From: an uncultured virus (IMG/VR IMGVR_UViG_3300009500_000013)
Lineage: Duplodnaviria > Heunggongvirae > Uroviricota > Caudoviricetes
Reading direction: 5' to 3' (one strand)
Virus record (IMG/VR): IMGVR_UViG_3300009500_000013
DNA: 64,000 bases
In this document: in pieces, positions 9,215 through 18,839 of the stretch
Numbering within the stretch: position 1 is the first letter of the stretch
How the letters are laid out: the number at the start of each line of letters is the position of its first letter
Made by a program: the position numbers and the translations under genes
The notes under the pieces: model-generated
Databases searched by the model: none
Told to the model about the DNA's origin: nothing
What the model saw: the letters and a program-made list of their open reading frames with translations, nothing else

Positions 9215-9712
9215 TTATAAATAATTTTCAAGAATAGATTTGGCTTCTATAAACATTTCGTCTACTTTTTTTAATTCTTCTTTAGAAAATTTCCCCAATA
9301 CCCAATCTACTACTGATCCATTATCTGGTCTTCCAATTCCTAATCTTATTCTTGTATAGGGGTTATCCCTTATAGCATTTATGCTTTTGACACCATTATG
9401 AGAACTTGAACCACCAAAGCTATTAATAATAGTACCTAAAGGAATAGTTATATCATCATGAATAACTATTAATCCATGAATATCTCCCACATAATCAATA
9501 AAATCTTTTAAAGTTTCACCAGAATTATTGATAAACCCTTTATTTTTTATTAGAGTAATCGTATCTGCATAGTTTTTTATATAATATTTTCTTTTCTTAT
9601 CAGACTTCCATTTGCTATCATTTAAGTAATTTAAGAAATCTTGTCCAATATTGTGCCTTGTGTCATCATATTCTTTTCCATAATTGCCTAATCCAAAAAA
9701 TAAAGTAAGCAT
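9215..9712 (-). CDS. pth: peptidyl-tRNA hydrolase
   Basis: GLGN.G..Y..TRHNIG, IHDD, GG...HNG..S, RIRLGIGRP, V.DWVL..F; start placed at ATG 9712. Confidence 0.93.
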   Translation of the reverse strand: MLTLFFGLGNYGKEYDDTRHNIGQDFLNYLNDSKWKSDKKRKYYIKNYADTITLIKNKGFINNSGETLKDFIDYVGDIHGLIVIHDDITIPLGTIINSFGGSSSHNGVKSINAIRDNPYTRIRLGIGRPDNGSVVDWVLGKFSKEELKKVDEMFIEAKSILENYL

Positions 9713-9713
9713 A

Positions 9714-10334
9714 TTATATTTTCTCCCATAGTTCAGTCCACCGCTCAAAAGCATCAAACTCTACCTGTTCTTTTTTCCATTCAATAGGAATAATTAAAGT
9801 ATCCTTATGAATTAATAATTTTCCAAGAGCTTCCTTTGATATTTCTACACCCCTAGTATCCACTCCACCTTTAGGTAACTTTATATAATTGTTTCTTCCT
9901 ATCTCATATAATACTTCTTTTTGTGTTTCTTTCTTAATATAATAGACTGCTCCTATTTTATCCCAAAGTATTTTTACTAACAATATATCATGTTCTGGTT
10001 CATACTTATTATAAAATTCTAAAGTTTTTTCTGAGTCTGTAGTCCATACTAGCTTAAATACACTATTTTTACCTGTAGACGTTTTAATAGAAATAGGATT
10101 ATTATAAACTATTACATCAGTTTCTTTTTCAGTAATAGGGATTTCTGATACAATATTGTCTGAACCATAAAGAGAAATAAGTAAAGATACTAATATTCTT
10201 TCTCTTAATGAGCCAACTTCCATACCTACTTTTCCACCTCTTGAACATTCTAGTTCAGCGACATGAAAAAGTTTTGGTAACTTTTTTTGAATTTTATCAA
10301 TAATCTCTTTATTTGTAAAGATATTTTCTATCAT
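9714..10334 (-). CDS. ThaI-family type II restriction endonuclease
   Basis: LP.LF..AELE.SRGGKVGMEVGSLRE, ITE.E.DV, ISIKT, KLVWT, RGVEIS motifs. Confidence 0.8.
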   Translation of the reverse strand: MIENIFTNKEIIDKIQKKLPKLFHVAELECSRGGKVGMEVGSLRERILVSLLISLYGSDNIVSEIPITEKETDVIVYNNPISIKTSTGKNSVFKLVWTTDSEKTLEFYNKYEPEHDILLVKILWDKIGAVYYIKKETQKEVLYEIGRNNYIKLPKGGVDTRGVEISKEALGKLLIHKDTLIIPIEWKKEQVEFDAFERWTELWEKI

Positions 10335-11762
10335 TTACGCTTCTTTACGCATTTTTTCTATAATTTTAGTAGTAGAAACATCACAAGTATCAAAATATAC
10401 TATAGGACATTCAATAGAATCTAATAGTTTTTGCTCAATGATTTTTTTATTTTCGTACTCTCTACCCTTAAATGCAATATCTGGTAATAGTTTTTGAATA
10501 AGTTTCCTTGGATCCTTTTCATCAAATATCACTACCATATCTACATATTTTAACGAAGCTAACAACTCCGCTCTTGTATGTTCATCGTTAATAGGTCTAT
10601 TAGTACCTTTTAAGTCTTTTATGGTTTTATCACTATTAATAGCCACTATTAAAAATTGACATTTCTCTTTGGCTTGTTTTAATAAACTTAAATGTCCTGC
10701 ATGAAGCGTATCAAAACATCCATTGACAAATCCAATAGTTCTACCTAATTCTTTTTGTTCAATTAGCTTTTTAGTATCAATTTCTTTATAATTTATTGTT
10801 TTATTATAACAAGATAAAATTTCATCCAAGGTTACTGTACTGGTTCCTGACTTGCCAATACTAATACCTGCACATCTGCTAGCAAATTCTAGTGCATCTT
10901 GTAAATTTACTTTTAATCCTATAGCTATAGCCAATGAAGCTACTACCGTATCACCAGCACCTGATACGTCTACTGGATTCGTATTATAAGCAATTTCACT
11001 AATTACTCTATAGGATTTACTTAACTTTTGATAAAGTTGCATTCCATGTTCAGAAGCAGTAATTAATATATTAGGGAAATTATATTCTTTAGTAAAGTTT
11101 TCTATAGCTTTATTAAAGTTTGTAGGAGAAGTTATCATTGTTTTTGACAGATTACTTAGTTCTTTTACGTTAGGAGTAATCAAATCAAAGCCGTTAGCAT
11201 AATCAGATACGTTTCCTTTAGTGTCTACAATCTTATATGCTTTGCATTTTAATTGTGCTAGAGCTAGTCTTATTTTAGGAGTCATAAAGCCTTTAGCATA
11301 GTCACTAGCAATAATAACATCTGCATCATTACAGGATTCTATTAAGTTTTTAATAATTTGTAATTCTGTATCCGAGTTTAAAATAGTTTTTTCTTCAGAA
11401 TCATGTCTAAGTAAATGCTGATTACCAGACAAAAACCTAGTTTTAGTAGTAGTTATTGCATTTTTGTCAATAGTAATATATGCTTCTAAGTCATCCATTT
11501 TCTCTAATAGGGATAATATCTTTCTTCCATTAGTATCATCCCCTAGTATTGAAAATATAGTAACTTTAGCACCAAGACTGTGTAAATTAGCCACTACGTT
11601 TAATGCACCACCCAACATAAAATGTTCTTTATTATGTTTTAAAATAGGTACTGGTGCTTCAGGACTCATTCTTTCTACTGTTCCATAGCTAAAAACGTCA
11701 AGCATACTGTCGCCAACTACTACTATTTTTAAATCTTTTATCGTTTCAAATGGTATTTTCAT
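10335..11762 (-). CDS. hldE: bifunctional heptose-7-phosphate kinase / heptose-1-phosphate adenylyltransferase
   Basis: GD.MLD, R.SPEAPVP, SDYAKG, DVSGAGDTV (PfkB domain) fused to NGCFD.LHAGH, RP.N (nucleotidyltransferase). Confidence 0.92.
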   Translation of the reverse strand: MKIPFETIKDLKIVVVGDSMLDVFSYGTVERMSPEAPVPILKHNKEHFMLGGALNVVANLHSLGAKVTIFSILGDDTNGRKILSLLEKMDDLEAYITIDKNAITTTKTRFLSGNQHLLRHDSEEKTILNSDTELQIIKNLIESCNDADVIIASDYAKGFMTPKIRLALAQLKCKAYKIVDTKGNVSDYANGFDLITPNVKELSNLSKTMITSPTNFNKAIENFTKEYNFPNILITASEHGMQLYQKLSKSYRVISEIAYNTNPVDVSGAGDTVVASLAIAIGLKVNLQDALEFASRCAGISIGKSGTSTVTLDEILSCYNKTINYKEIDTKKLIEQKELGRTIGFVNGCFDTLHAGHLSLLKQAKEKCQFLIVAINSDKTIKDLKGTNRPINDEHTRAELLASLKYVDMVVIFDEKDPRKLIQKLLPDIAFKGREYENKKIIEQKLLDSIECPIVYFDTCDVSTTKIIEKMRKEA

Positions 11763-11791
11763 TAATTTAACCTTAAGTTTATCTAAAATTA

Positions 11792-11820
11792 ATTATAAAT
11801 GTTATAAAAATTAAAGTCAA
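11792..11820 (-). promoter_or_regulatory. sigma70-type promoter for hldE-ThaI-pth
   Basis: TTGACT-17nt-TATAAT. Confidence 0.7.
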
Positions 11821-11863
11821 TAAATAATGATAACAAATAATTAACTATTTAAAGTTTTTCATT

Positions 11864-13279
11864 ATGACTGATTTCAATCTAAAAGGCACACTCTATAATA
11901 GTTTCAGAATAGGCGGAACATCTGGAATTGCCTTATACCAAGGTACATCATTGCCTACTTTAAGTTTAGGAACGGCTGGAGATTTATACTTTTATCATAA
12001 TGGAGTTACTGGCAACATATATATTAACCAAGGAACTGCTTGGAATAACCCTGCTTTAAATGTTCCATCAAGTGGTGTTACTGCTGGAACATATGGTAAT
12101 GGTAGTAACATTCCTCAATTTGTAGTCAATAGTCAAGGTTTATTAACTTTTGCTGGGAATATTCCATTTGCTGGCGGGGGCGGGGGTACTGGTACAGTAA
12201 CCAATATTGTTGCGGGTACTGATTTAACTGGTGGCACTATTACCAATACGGGTACACTTAATCTAAGTACTACTGGTGTTACTGCTGGTACATATGGTAA
12301 TTCTACTTCTTATCCTACTGTTACAGTTGATACCAAAGGAAGAATTACTAATATTGGTACTCAAACCGTTTCTTCTACTGGTGGGACAGGTACGATAACA
12401 AATATTGTTGCAGGTACTGGTTTAACAGGCGGAACTATTACCAATACTGGCACTTTAGCCATAGATAGAACTTTAGTAACCACTTATACTACACCTAGTG
12501 GTGGAACTTCTGGGATGATTCCCTTTACTTCTGATGCTAGCGGAAGCAATTTAACTTATAGTTATAGTAATAATGCTGCACCTTTTCCTTTAACTTTTAA
12601 TGCTAGTAGTGGATTACTTTCCAATATTAATGGTATAGTCCAAGCAAATTTATTTGAAGTTTTAAATGGTGTTGGAAACTATGGTATAAAAATTTCAGGA
12701 AATAATATAATTGGTTCATGTAATTTAAATGCTAATAGCTTAGTTTTTACTGGAGCAGAGGATACTGGGGATAATTGCAGTGTTGTAACCTCACAAAATT
12801 TTAATATTGGTCCTATTATTATTGGTTCTGGCTATCCAACTTTAGGAAACGCCGCAGGAAAAATGACACTTAGTGGTATGAGTGGTTTTGTTATTGGAGG
12901 TACTGACAACTATGAACACACCTATTTTAAAAATGGCAATGGTCAATCAGTATTAGATTTACATGGAATTTTAGTTCAGTCAGGAACAAATTATAACGGA
13001 ACTGATGGAGTACAAGTTAGTATTACACCAGGTAATGGTACATTAGCTCCTAATATTGGCGTTAGTGGTGCAATATCTAGTAATTCTACTGCTGGAACAA
13101 GCTCAACTACCAATAGCGACTTGACTGTAAGTGCTTTAGGTACTGGTTCTGTGTCCATAGCCAATTTAAAAGTACAAGGTCAACCATTTGGCACTACTGC
13201 CTTTGGAGCTGGTACTTTTGCTATTGGAACTAACTTTATAGTACTTAACGCATTTGGACAAGTAATTAATATAATTTAA
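11864..13279 (+). CDS. Gly/Thr/Asn-rich fibre-like virion protein
   Basis: Internal duplications GVTAGTYGN and GTGT.TNIVAGT.LTGGTITNTGTL; TAAATA at 11821 upstream. Confidence 0.65.
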   Translation: MTDFNLKGTLYNSFRIGGTSGIALYQGTSLPTLSLGTAGDLYFYHNGVTGNIYINQGTAWNNPALNVPSSGVTAGTYGNGSNIPQFVVNSQGLLTFAGNIPFAGGGGGTGTVTNIVAGTDLTGGTITNTGTLNLSTTGVTAGTYGNSTSYPTVTVDTKGRITNIGTQTVSSTGGTGTITNIVAGTGLTGGTITNTGTLAIDRTLVTTYTTPSGGTSGMIPFTSDASGSNLTYSYSNNAAPFPLTFNASSGLLSNINGIVQANLFEVLNGVGNYGIKISGNNIIGSCNLNANSLVFTGAEDTGDNCSVVTSQNFNIGPIIIGSGYPTLGNAAGKMTLSGMSGFVIGGTDNYEHTYFKNGNGQSVLDLHGILVQSGTNYNGTDGVQVSITPGNGTLAPNIGVSGAISSNSTAGTSSTTNSDLTVSALGTGSVSIANLKVQGQPFGTTAFGAGTFAIGTNFIVLNAFGQVINII

Positions 13280-13729
13280 TCATAAATCGCTGATTTTTAT
13301 TACTTTTATATTAGCTTTTTGAAGCATATCCAAGCCGGAGGTATCTCTATAATCTTGTTCATAGAATACTGTGATAATACCACTAGCAATAATAAGTTTT
13401 GCACAATCTTCACAAGGACTATGAGTAATTATCATTTCTGAATCTTTACAGCTTTCATGACTTTTAGCTACTTTTAAAATAGCATTGGCTTCAGCATGGA
13501 TAACTTCTTTTTTTGTTTTTAATGAACCATCTAGTAAAGTGTCTTCACAGTTATTATCAAAACTTGGAAAAGTTCCATTCCAGCTAAAACTTATAATATT
13601 ATTATTTTTTACTATAACACTACCAACTTTTAATCGTTTGGCATGAGACATTTTAGCTGATTCTTTAGCTATATTAAGATATAGGTTAATAAATTTTTTC
13701 AATTTATCTATAGGATAATGTAATAGCAT
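13280..13729 (-). CDS. dCMP deaminase
   Basis: HAEANAI and PC..C zinc motifs; VG.VIV. Confidence 0.9.
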   Translation of the reverse strand: MLLHYPIDKLKKFINLYLNIAKESAKMSHAKRLKVGSVIVKNNNIISFSWNGTFPSFDNNCEDTLLDGSLKTKKEVIHAEANAILKVAKSHESCKDSEMIITHSPCEDCAKLIIASGIITVFYEQDYRDTSGLDMLQKANIKVIKISDL

Positions 13730-14112
13730 CAGACTTGCTTGAAATGTGATTTTAGGTTTTCTTTAACTTTTATAGCACTTTTTGTTAGTTTATTGTCTTC
13801 TTCTAAAGCATATTGTTTCCATAAGAAAAGAAGATCAGCTTTTAATTCTTCTAATAAATCTTTTTCTTTTTTAGCGTAAACATAAACATTTAAAGAATAA
13901 TATTGACAAACATAAAAAGTAGATTCTTCATCAAACACTATATCAAAAGTAATGTCTTGCATTGGTTTTAGTAAAATATCACTACAATTATGATAAATTA
14001 TTTTATCTTTTTCTAAAACTATCATAGTACGAACAAAGCCAAGGCTATTAAAATTAAACAAATTATATCTATCATATTTTCTGCATCCTATATAATTCTT
14101 CTCGAATCTCAA
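13729..14112 (-). CDS. hypothetical protein
   Basis: ORF; start may be the later ATG (MIVLEKDK). Confidence 0.55.
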   Translation of the reverse strand: MRFEKNYIGCRKYDRYNLFNFNSLGFVRTMIVLEKDKIIYHNCSDILLKPMQDITFDIVFDEESTFYVCQYYSLNVYVYAKKEKDLLEELKADLLFLWKQYALEEDNKLTKSAIKVKENLKSHFKQV

Positions 14113-14314
14113 ATTGAGTTTTAGAATTTTCTAATGTTCTTAGTAATTCATAACCAAGACCAACCAAATCAAAACTTTCAAATTTTTCTTCAGTATTTTT
14201 AAAAATCAATTCATTTACACGATAAGATTTTTTATGTTCTTCTATTTTTATCGTAATTTCATGGTTAGGATTTTCTGATGCCAACGTAAAACTATGTATT
14301 TTAATTTTTGTCAT
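14072..14314 (-). CDS. hypothetical protein
   Basis: GGAG RBS then MTKIKIHS. Confidence 0.6.
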   Translation of the reverse strand: MTKIKIHSFTLASENPNHEITIKIEEHKKSYRVNELIFKNTEEKFESFDLVGLGYELLRTLENSKTQFEIREELYRMQKI

Positions 14315-14507
14315 ATCGTCTCCAATCATCAGCTATTATAGTAATAAGAAGCAAAATACCAAGACTACAAATTGTTATAAATGCAAAGTATCCTAAAATA
14401 GTTCCTACTATAGGAAAATTATTTCCTAAAACAAAAATAATTGCAATAGCAATTAATATGCTTACCACTATTGCTAAACTTTTAAAAAAATATTTATCGT
14501 AAATCAT
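14301..14507 (-). CDS. small two-helix membrane protein
   Basis: Two hydrophobic stretches. Confidence 0.6.
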   Translation of the reverse strand: MIYDKYFFKSLAIVVSILIAIAIIFVLGNNFPIVGTILGYFAFITICSLGILLLITIIADDWRRYDKN

Positions 14508-14522
14508 AGTAACATCTCATAA

Positions 14523-15014
14523 TTATTGTTCAAAAATTTCTTCTAATGAAGGTTCATCCCTAAACTTTAATACCATTGACGAAATATCTTTTTTATCATC
14601 TGCTATCTTTATAAAAGATTCAATAAAGTTATTATCTCTAGTGGATGCTACTATTCTTACATTATTTGTTTTAGCATAGGTAAAAATATTCTCCCACATA
14701 GTAAATGAATCAAAATGAAAATTATAATCTATTTCATCAATGATCATTATGCCATTACGGATTTCAGAAACCAAAGATATATCTTCATCTAACATAATAG
14801 CATTTGTCAATGGATATAAACTATTAAAGTTTTTTGATACATTAAGAACAAAGTCTTTATGGATTTGTGCTTTAATGGTTATATGTGCTAATAACTGGGT
14901 TTTAAGTTCTTCATTCCCAATTACTAACGTAACCAAAGGCAAATCAAATATATTAAATTTAGTTGAATATCCTTTAATGGTTTTATAATTTACGTTATCA
15001 AAGTTTATTTTCAT
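14523..15014 (-). CDS. degenerate ABC/AAA ATPase C-terminal-like protein
   Basis: Walker B-like IMIIDEID..FH and IVAST; no Walker A. Confidence 0.45.
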   Translation of the reverse strand: MKINFDNVNYKTIKGYSTKFNIFDLPLVTLVIGNEELKTQLLAHITIKAQIHKDFVLNVSKNFNSLYPLTNAIMLDEDISLVSEIRNGIMIIDEIDYNFHFDSFTMWENIFTYAKTNNVRIVASTRDNNFIESFIKIADDKKDISSMVLKFRDEPSLEEIFEQ

Positions 15015-15238
15015 GGTTAAAATCTATGGTTTGTTATTTTTTCTATCTAATATCTTCTTTTATTTCTAGCAAATCTTTAGAGTCTAGCTTTTTCTTAAAT
15101 TTATTAGGAATTATATTTAAACTATCTTCATAAATTTCAAAAAGATAATTGATCTCTTGCATTAAATCTTTTACTTTTTTAAAAGTTCTTCTTAGATTAA
15201 TGTTCAATTTCATGTTTAGCAAATTTCAATAATTAATT

Positions 15239-15502
15239 CTAACAGAAAATATTATTAGTGTCAATGTTTAATGGAGCTGGTTTTTCAAAAGGGATTTTTG
15301 AATTATTAATTTGTTCAATTATTTCATTTACTGTAGTTTTAGTGTATATTTTGTTACCATTTACTAACTCTACTACTGTTTCAGCTTTTGCATTATTGAA
15401 TTTACGTTGTGTTTCCATGAAAGAAGATATCTGATAGATCGTAGTGTAAAAATCTTTTCCAAAATTATCGCTATCAATTAACACGTTTAATTTTATAATC
15501 AT
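15239..15502 (-). CDS. hypothetical protein
   Basis: ORF coupled to the upstream stop. Confidence 0.6.
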   Translation of the reverse strand: MIIKLNVLIDSDNFGKDFYTTIYQISSFMETQRKFNNAKAETVVELVNGNKIYTKTTVNEIIEQINNSKIPFEKPAPLNIDTNNIFC

Positions 15503-16209
15503 TATTTCTCTCCATAAAGTAAAAAATCAACTGCTTTGTTTGCAGTATCTATTAATTTTAAAAATTGTTCTTGATATTCTGTTAAATCCATGTCTTTTGA
15601 ATATTTAACTTCTCTACGACTTACTAATCCATATATCCAAGATTCTAAATAACTTTTTAAATATAAATCAATTCTTTCTTGTAAATCTTTATCATAAATC
15701 TTAAAATATTGCAATAAAATTCTAGCACCTAATGTAGCTACTATTTCTTCTTCCGCATAATAAAATTTATTCTTATCAAATATATTTGGTCTATTTAGAT
15801 TTTCTTCACACCCTGACCAATGTGTCATCTCATGAAATAACCCATAATAATATAATTTTTGCTTGTCGATGTCATTGCCAAGAAATAAAGAAGGATCAGG
15901 CACATATATTTCACAATCCCAACGATGTGGGATACAAATAAATGGATAATATTTAAAACTATAAGTAGTATAAAATCTATGACTATATTCGTGGTTTATC
16001 TTTACCTTTGTAGATTTTATAAATTCTTCTATTTCAGGTATAGCAAAATCTGGTGTTTTGTAAATATTTCTTTTTCCAATCAATATTCTTTTTATAGGAT
16101 TCAGGGGAGCAAGATTAAAATCTACAAACCATTCAGACGGTGGATTATCTGTCTTAGCTAAAAACATTTTAAATAGCTCCACGGAACATATAAGTATAAG
16201 TTCCAACAT
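15502..16209 (-). CDS. zincin-like metallopeptidase resembling the ArdC C-terminal domain
   Basis: YY..LFHEMTHWSG....LNR and YAEEEIVA.LGA motifs. Confidence 0.75.
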   Translation of the reverse strand: MLELILICSVELFKMFLAKTDNPPSEWFVDFNLAPLNPIKRILIGKRNIYKTPDFAIPEIEEFIKSTKVKINHEYSHRFYTTYSFKYYPFICIPHRWDCEIYVPDPSLFLGNDIDKQKLYYYGLFHEMTHWSGCEENLNRPNIFDKNKFYYAEEEIVATLGARILLQYFKIYDKDLQERIDLYLKSYLESWIYGLVSRREVKYSKDMDLTEYQEQFLKLIDTANKAVDFLLYGEK

Positions 16210-16921
16210 TGGTAGTAAATTCTATTTGGAATATCCCCTCATAACTTATTTTGATTTCTGTCTTATGTTTTAATCCTAATTTAAGAACACCAATAATAGC
16301 TTGTAATGGCCATGTATGGTTAGCAGTTATTCTTCCTTCTACATTATCTGAAAATACAAAATTTGCTTTATGATTAGCAGAGTTTTCTTCACCTATAATA
16401 AACTTTAATTTATTATTATCTGTTTTTACTGAAAATTTCTTTTCTTGTCCAGCATAGATGCTTGCCATTTGTGCTAAATCATTTACTTTTTTAACTTCTG
16501 GATTTTTTATAATAATACGCCAATCTAAATCCGTCTTAGCATTAACTTGTTTGGCGTTAATAGCATGTTCTGCTACTAACCTGAATTGAGCTTTGCCAAA
16601 ATTATCATTTTCAAATACTATTTCCTCTGGTACGTCTTCATTGTTTTTTGAAATAGTTTTAATAAAAATATTAGCAGAAGGTTCTTTGAATGATTCAACA
16701 TTTAAAAGTCCTGCTAGCATTGCTATATTAGATATTCCAAAAGTTCCCTTAAACTTTTTAATGTTTTTAGTAAGTTCTCCTTTGAAAACTACGTCACCAA
16801 TAACATCATCTGCTAAAAGTCTTGATTGTACTAAGACAGTTTTTTCTGTACATGTTAATTTTGCCATCTCAAAAGGTAAAACGCTAATGGCTTTTACTAT
16901 ATCATTTAATTGTTCGTACAT
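16169..16921 (-). CDS. putative DNA polymerase sliding clamp (gp45-like)
   Basis: 250 aa; L.DIV N-terminus, GTFGI.N...L, FR.., C-terminal G..QI......Y.Y pattern recalled from clamps of large phages. Confidence 0.55.
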   Translation of the reverse strand: MYEQLNDIVKAISVLPFEMAKLTCTEKTVLVQSRLLADDVIGDVVFKGELTKNIKKFKGTFGISNIAMLAGLLNVESFKEPSANIFIKTISKNNEDVPEEIVFENDNFGKAQFRLVAEHAINAKQVNAKTDLDWRIIIKNPEVKKVNDLAQMASIYAGQEKKFSVKTDNNKLKFIIGEENSANHKANFVFSDNVEGRITANHTWPLQAIIGVLKLGLKHKTEIKISYEGIFQIEFTTNVGTYTYMFRGAI

Positions 16922-16939
16922 ATTTAACCTTTTTTATTG

Positions 16940-16968
16940 ATTATAGTTCGTAATTACGAACAAGTCAA
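16940..16968 (-). promoter_or_regulatory. sigma70-type promoter with a 16-bp palindrome in the spacer
   Basis: TTGACT-T-GTTCGTAATTACGAAC-TATAAT. Confidence 0.7.
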
Positions 16969-16977
16969 ATTAAATTT

Positions 16978-17184
16978 TTATTCATAACCAAGTTCTAGTA
17001 ATCCATATTGTAGCATTTCTTTTGCTATTTTGACTGCTTTGTATTGGCTTTTATTCTCAACTTCTACGGAAATTTTTGAATCAATATGAGTTATGCGAAT
17101 TCTTCTTGCGGGGCTGCCTGCAACCTGTCCTATTGCTTTGGGTGTAATATCTTCAATTTTTATATCTTCATCTTTGATCATCAA
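16978..17184 (-). CDS. stand-alone class I release-factor catalytic-domain-like protein (GGQ replaced by IGQ)
   Basis: EDIKIE...IGQ......IRITH..S.I.VE...KSQ.K....A..ML follows the RF domain-3 pattern. Confidence 0.6.
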   Translation of the reverse strand: MMIKDEDIKIEDITPKAIGQVAGSPARRIRITHIDSKISVEVENKSQYKAVKIAKEMLQYGLLELGYE

Positions 17185-17534
17185 GAATTTAACTTTATAA
17201 AATCTACAGATTCAGAATAGTAACCATTACTTGTACCATGCCATCTAATGGTTACTGATCCTTTAATAGTAGAAAGTTTATAAAAAGTCCATGTGTGGTG
17301 TTCATCTTGAACAGTGTTATCTTCATTACTAACTTCTTCTGCAATCAATAAAGGATTTCCTATTAAATCTTTTAAATCTCCATCTATGCTTTCTATAGAA
17401 ACAGATTCACAACAATTTTGATCATGATATAATTTATATTTCTCACCATTATCTAAGGTAATCAATATTTCATCATAATTGTTATTTTCTATTTTTGATA
17501 TTATCTTACCTTTTAAAATACTAAAATCAGTCAT
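17181..17534 (-). CDS. conserved phage hypothetical protein
   Basis: YHDQ.CCESV, TWTFYKL.T.KG.V.IRW.G.SNGYYSE motif. Confidence 0.75.
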   Translation of the reverse strand: MTDFSILKGKIISKIENNNYDEILITLDNGEKYKLYHDQNCCESVSIESIDGDLKDLIGNPLLIAEEVSNEDNTVQDEHHTWTFYKLSTIKGSVTIRWHGTSNGYYSESVDFIKLNS

Positions 17535-17757
17535 ATATATTCCTTGTCATAAAAAATAATGGAGTAATCGCAAATAAAAAACATAAAGCAGTAAAAAGTG
17601 AATCTGTCTTATATAAAGGATCTGTAAATAAAATAGTAACAAAACACATTACCAATCCTATTACTCTTAAACTAAACAATAACCATTCATTCTTACATAT
17701 TACATATGTGGCATAAAATATAATCCACCAAATTATTAAATAGTGCATTTCGTTCAT
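17527..17757 (-). CDS. small membrane protein
   Basis: Three hydrophobic stretches. Confidence 0.6.
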   Translation of the reverse strand: MNEMHYLIIWWIIFYATYVICKNEWLLFSLRVIGLVMCFVTILFTDPLYKTDSLFTALCFLFAITPLFFMTRNIYD

Positions 17758-18053
17758 AATTCATTGCCTTGAGTGTTAACTGTAAAACTTATTACTTCTA
17801 GCTCATCTTGGTTAAAAGAATGATAGGGTTTATTGTAATATGATAAAGACTCACTAATGGGTGAAGTTTTTGCTTGTTGGGCAATCTCTTGACTATCTAC
17901 CACCCAAACATAATTACTATTGAATGCACCTGCTGATAACGTGAAAGCGTAAAATAGATTATTGCCACTAATATCAGAAGTAATTGTTTTTTCAACCCTA
18001 AGAACTTCGTTAGAATTTTTATGGCGAAGACCGTAAAATATGTTTTGAGACAT
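17754..18053 (-). CDS. hypothetical protein
   Basis: Promoter TTGACA-17-TATATT (18073-18101) and AAGGA RBS place the start at ATG 18053. Confidence 0.65.
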   Translation of the reverse strand: MSQNIFYGLRHKNSNEVLRVEKTITSDISGNNLFYAFTLSAGAFNSNYVWVVDSQEIAQQAKTSPISESLSYYNKPYHSFNQDELEVISFTVNTQGNEL

Positions 18054-18138
18054 AGATTTTTCCTTTTTTATGAATATATCATATAATAGCATTGCTGTCA
18101 ATATATGATGTTAGTACTATTTTTGACTTACAAATTTC

Positions 18139-18525
18139 TTAATAACCTCTCATTTCATAAAAATTATTTTCCATCTCACGAAGATTAGTATGGTACTCTA
18201 GCATCGCTTCATAAGAAATAAACATATAATCTTGTGTAATTGGAATATAAATAACTTCATCTAAATCGTAAATAAAGTTTTTAATAAATTCTTCACTATT
18301 AATTAATCTTAGGTAATTATATTCATCTTTGTTTATTAAGTATCCAATTTCATTTTTGAATGAAATAGTGCTTAAACCAAATTCTACATCTGAAATAACT
18401 AAATATTTTTCTTTAAGTTCTTGTGGATATTTTTCTACTTCATTAATAATTGAATAAAAGCCATCTCCATAAAGAGATTGTAAATAGTTACATAAAGTTA
18501 AATCTAAAACCTCTTGAATCTTCAT
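18139..18525 (-). CDS. array A paralog 1
   Basis: YPQELKEK, DEYNYLRL, YDLDE. Confidence 0.75.
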   Translation of the reverse strand: MKIQEVLDLTLCNYLQSLYGDGFYSIINEVEKYPQELKEKYLVISDVEFGLSTISFKNEIGYLINKDEYNYLRLINSEEFIKNFIYDLDEVIYIPITQDYMFISYEAMLEYHTNLREMENNFYEMRGY

Positions 18526-18839
18526 CTTTTTTTACCTTCTTCTCTTTCTTGCTTCCAATATTCTATAATAAAAAAAGGAACAATAAATATTGGCAAGAAA
18601 ATAATTGTTACAGCGATAAACGGAATATATGGAAATAAAAGGTTTCCTAAATAATTAATAAAATTAGGAAACGGAAAAAATAAAATTATCAAAGTTGGAG
18701 TTACATAAAAGATTAGTATTGTCAATAAGAAGTCAATAGTATTTTTTATAGTGTATTCGCCTTTTAACATAATAGCATATAATAAAACTATAAATGCTAT
18801 TATATCACCTACCCAGATTAAGTCATAACTATTATTCAT
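18522..18839 (-). CDS. membrane protein within array A
   Basis: Three hydrophobic stretches; lacks the family motif. Confidence 0.65.
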   Translation of the reverse strand: MNNSYDLIWVGDIIAFIVLLYAIMLKGEYTIKNTIDFLLTILIFYVTPTLIILFFPFPNFINYLGNLLFPYIPFIAVTIIFLPIFIVPFFIIEYWKQEREEGKKR

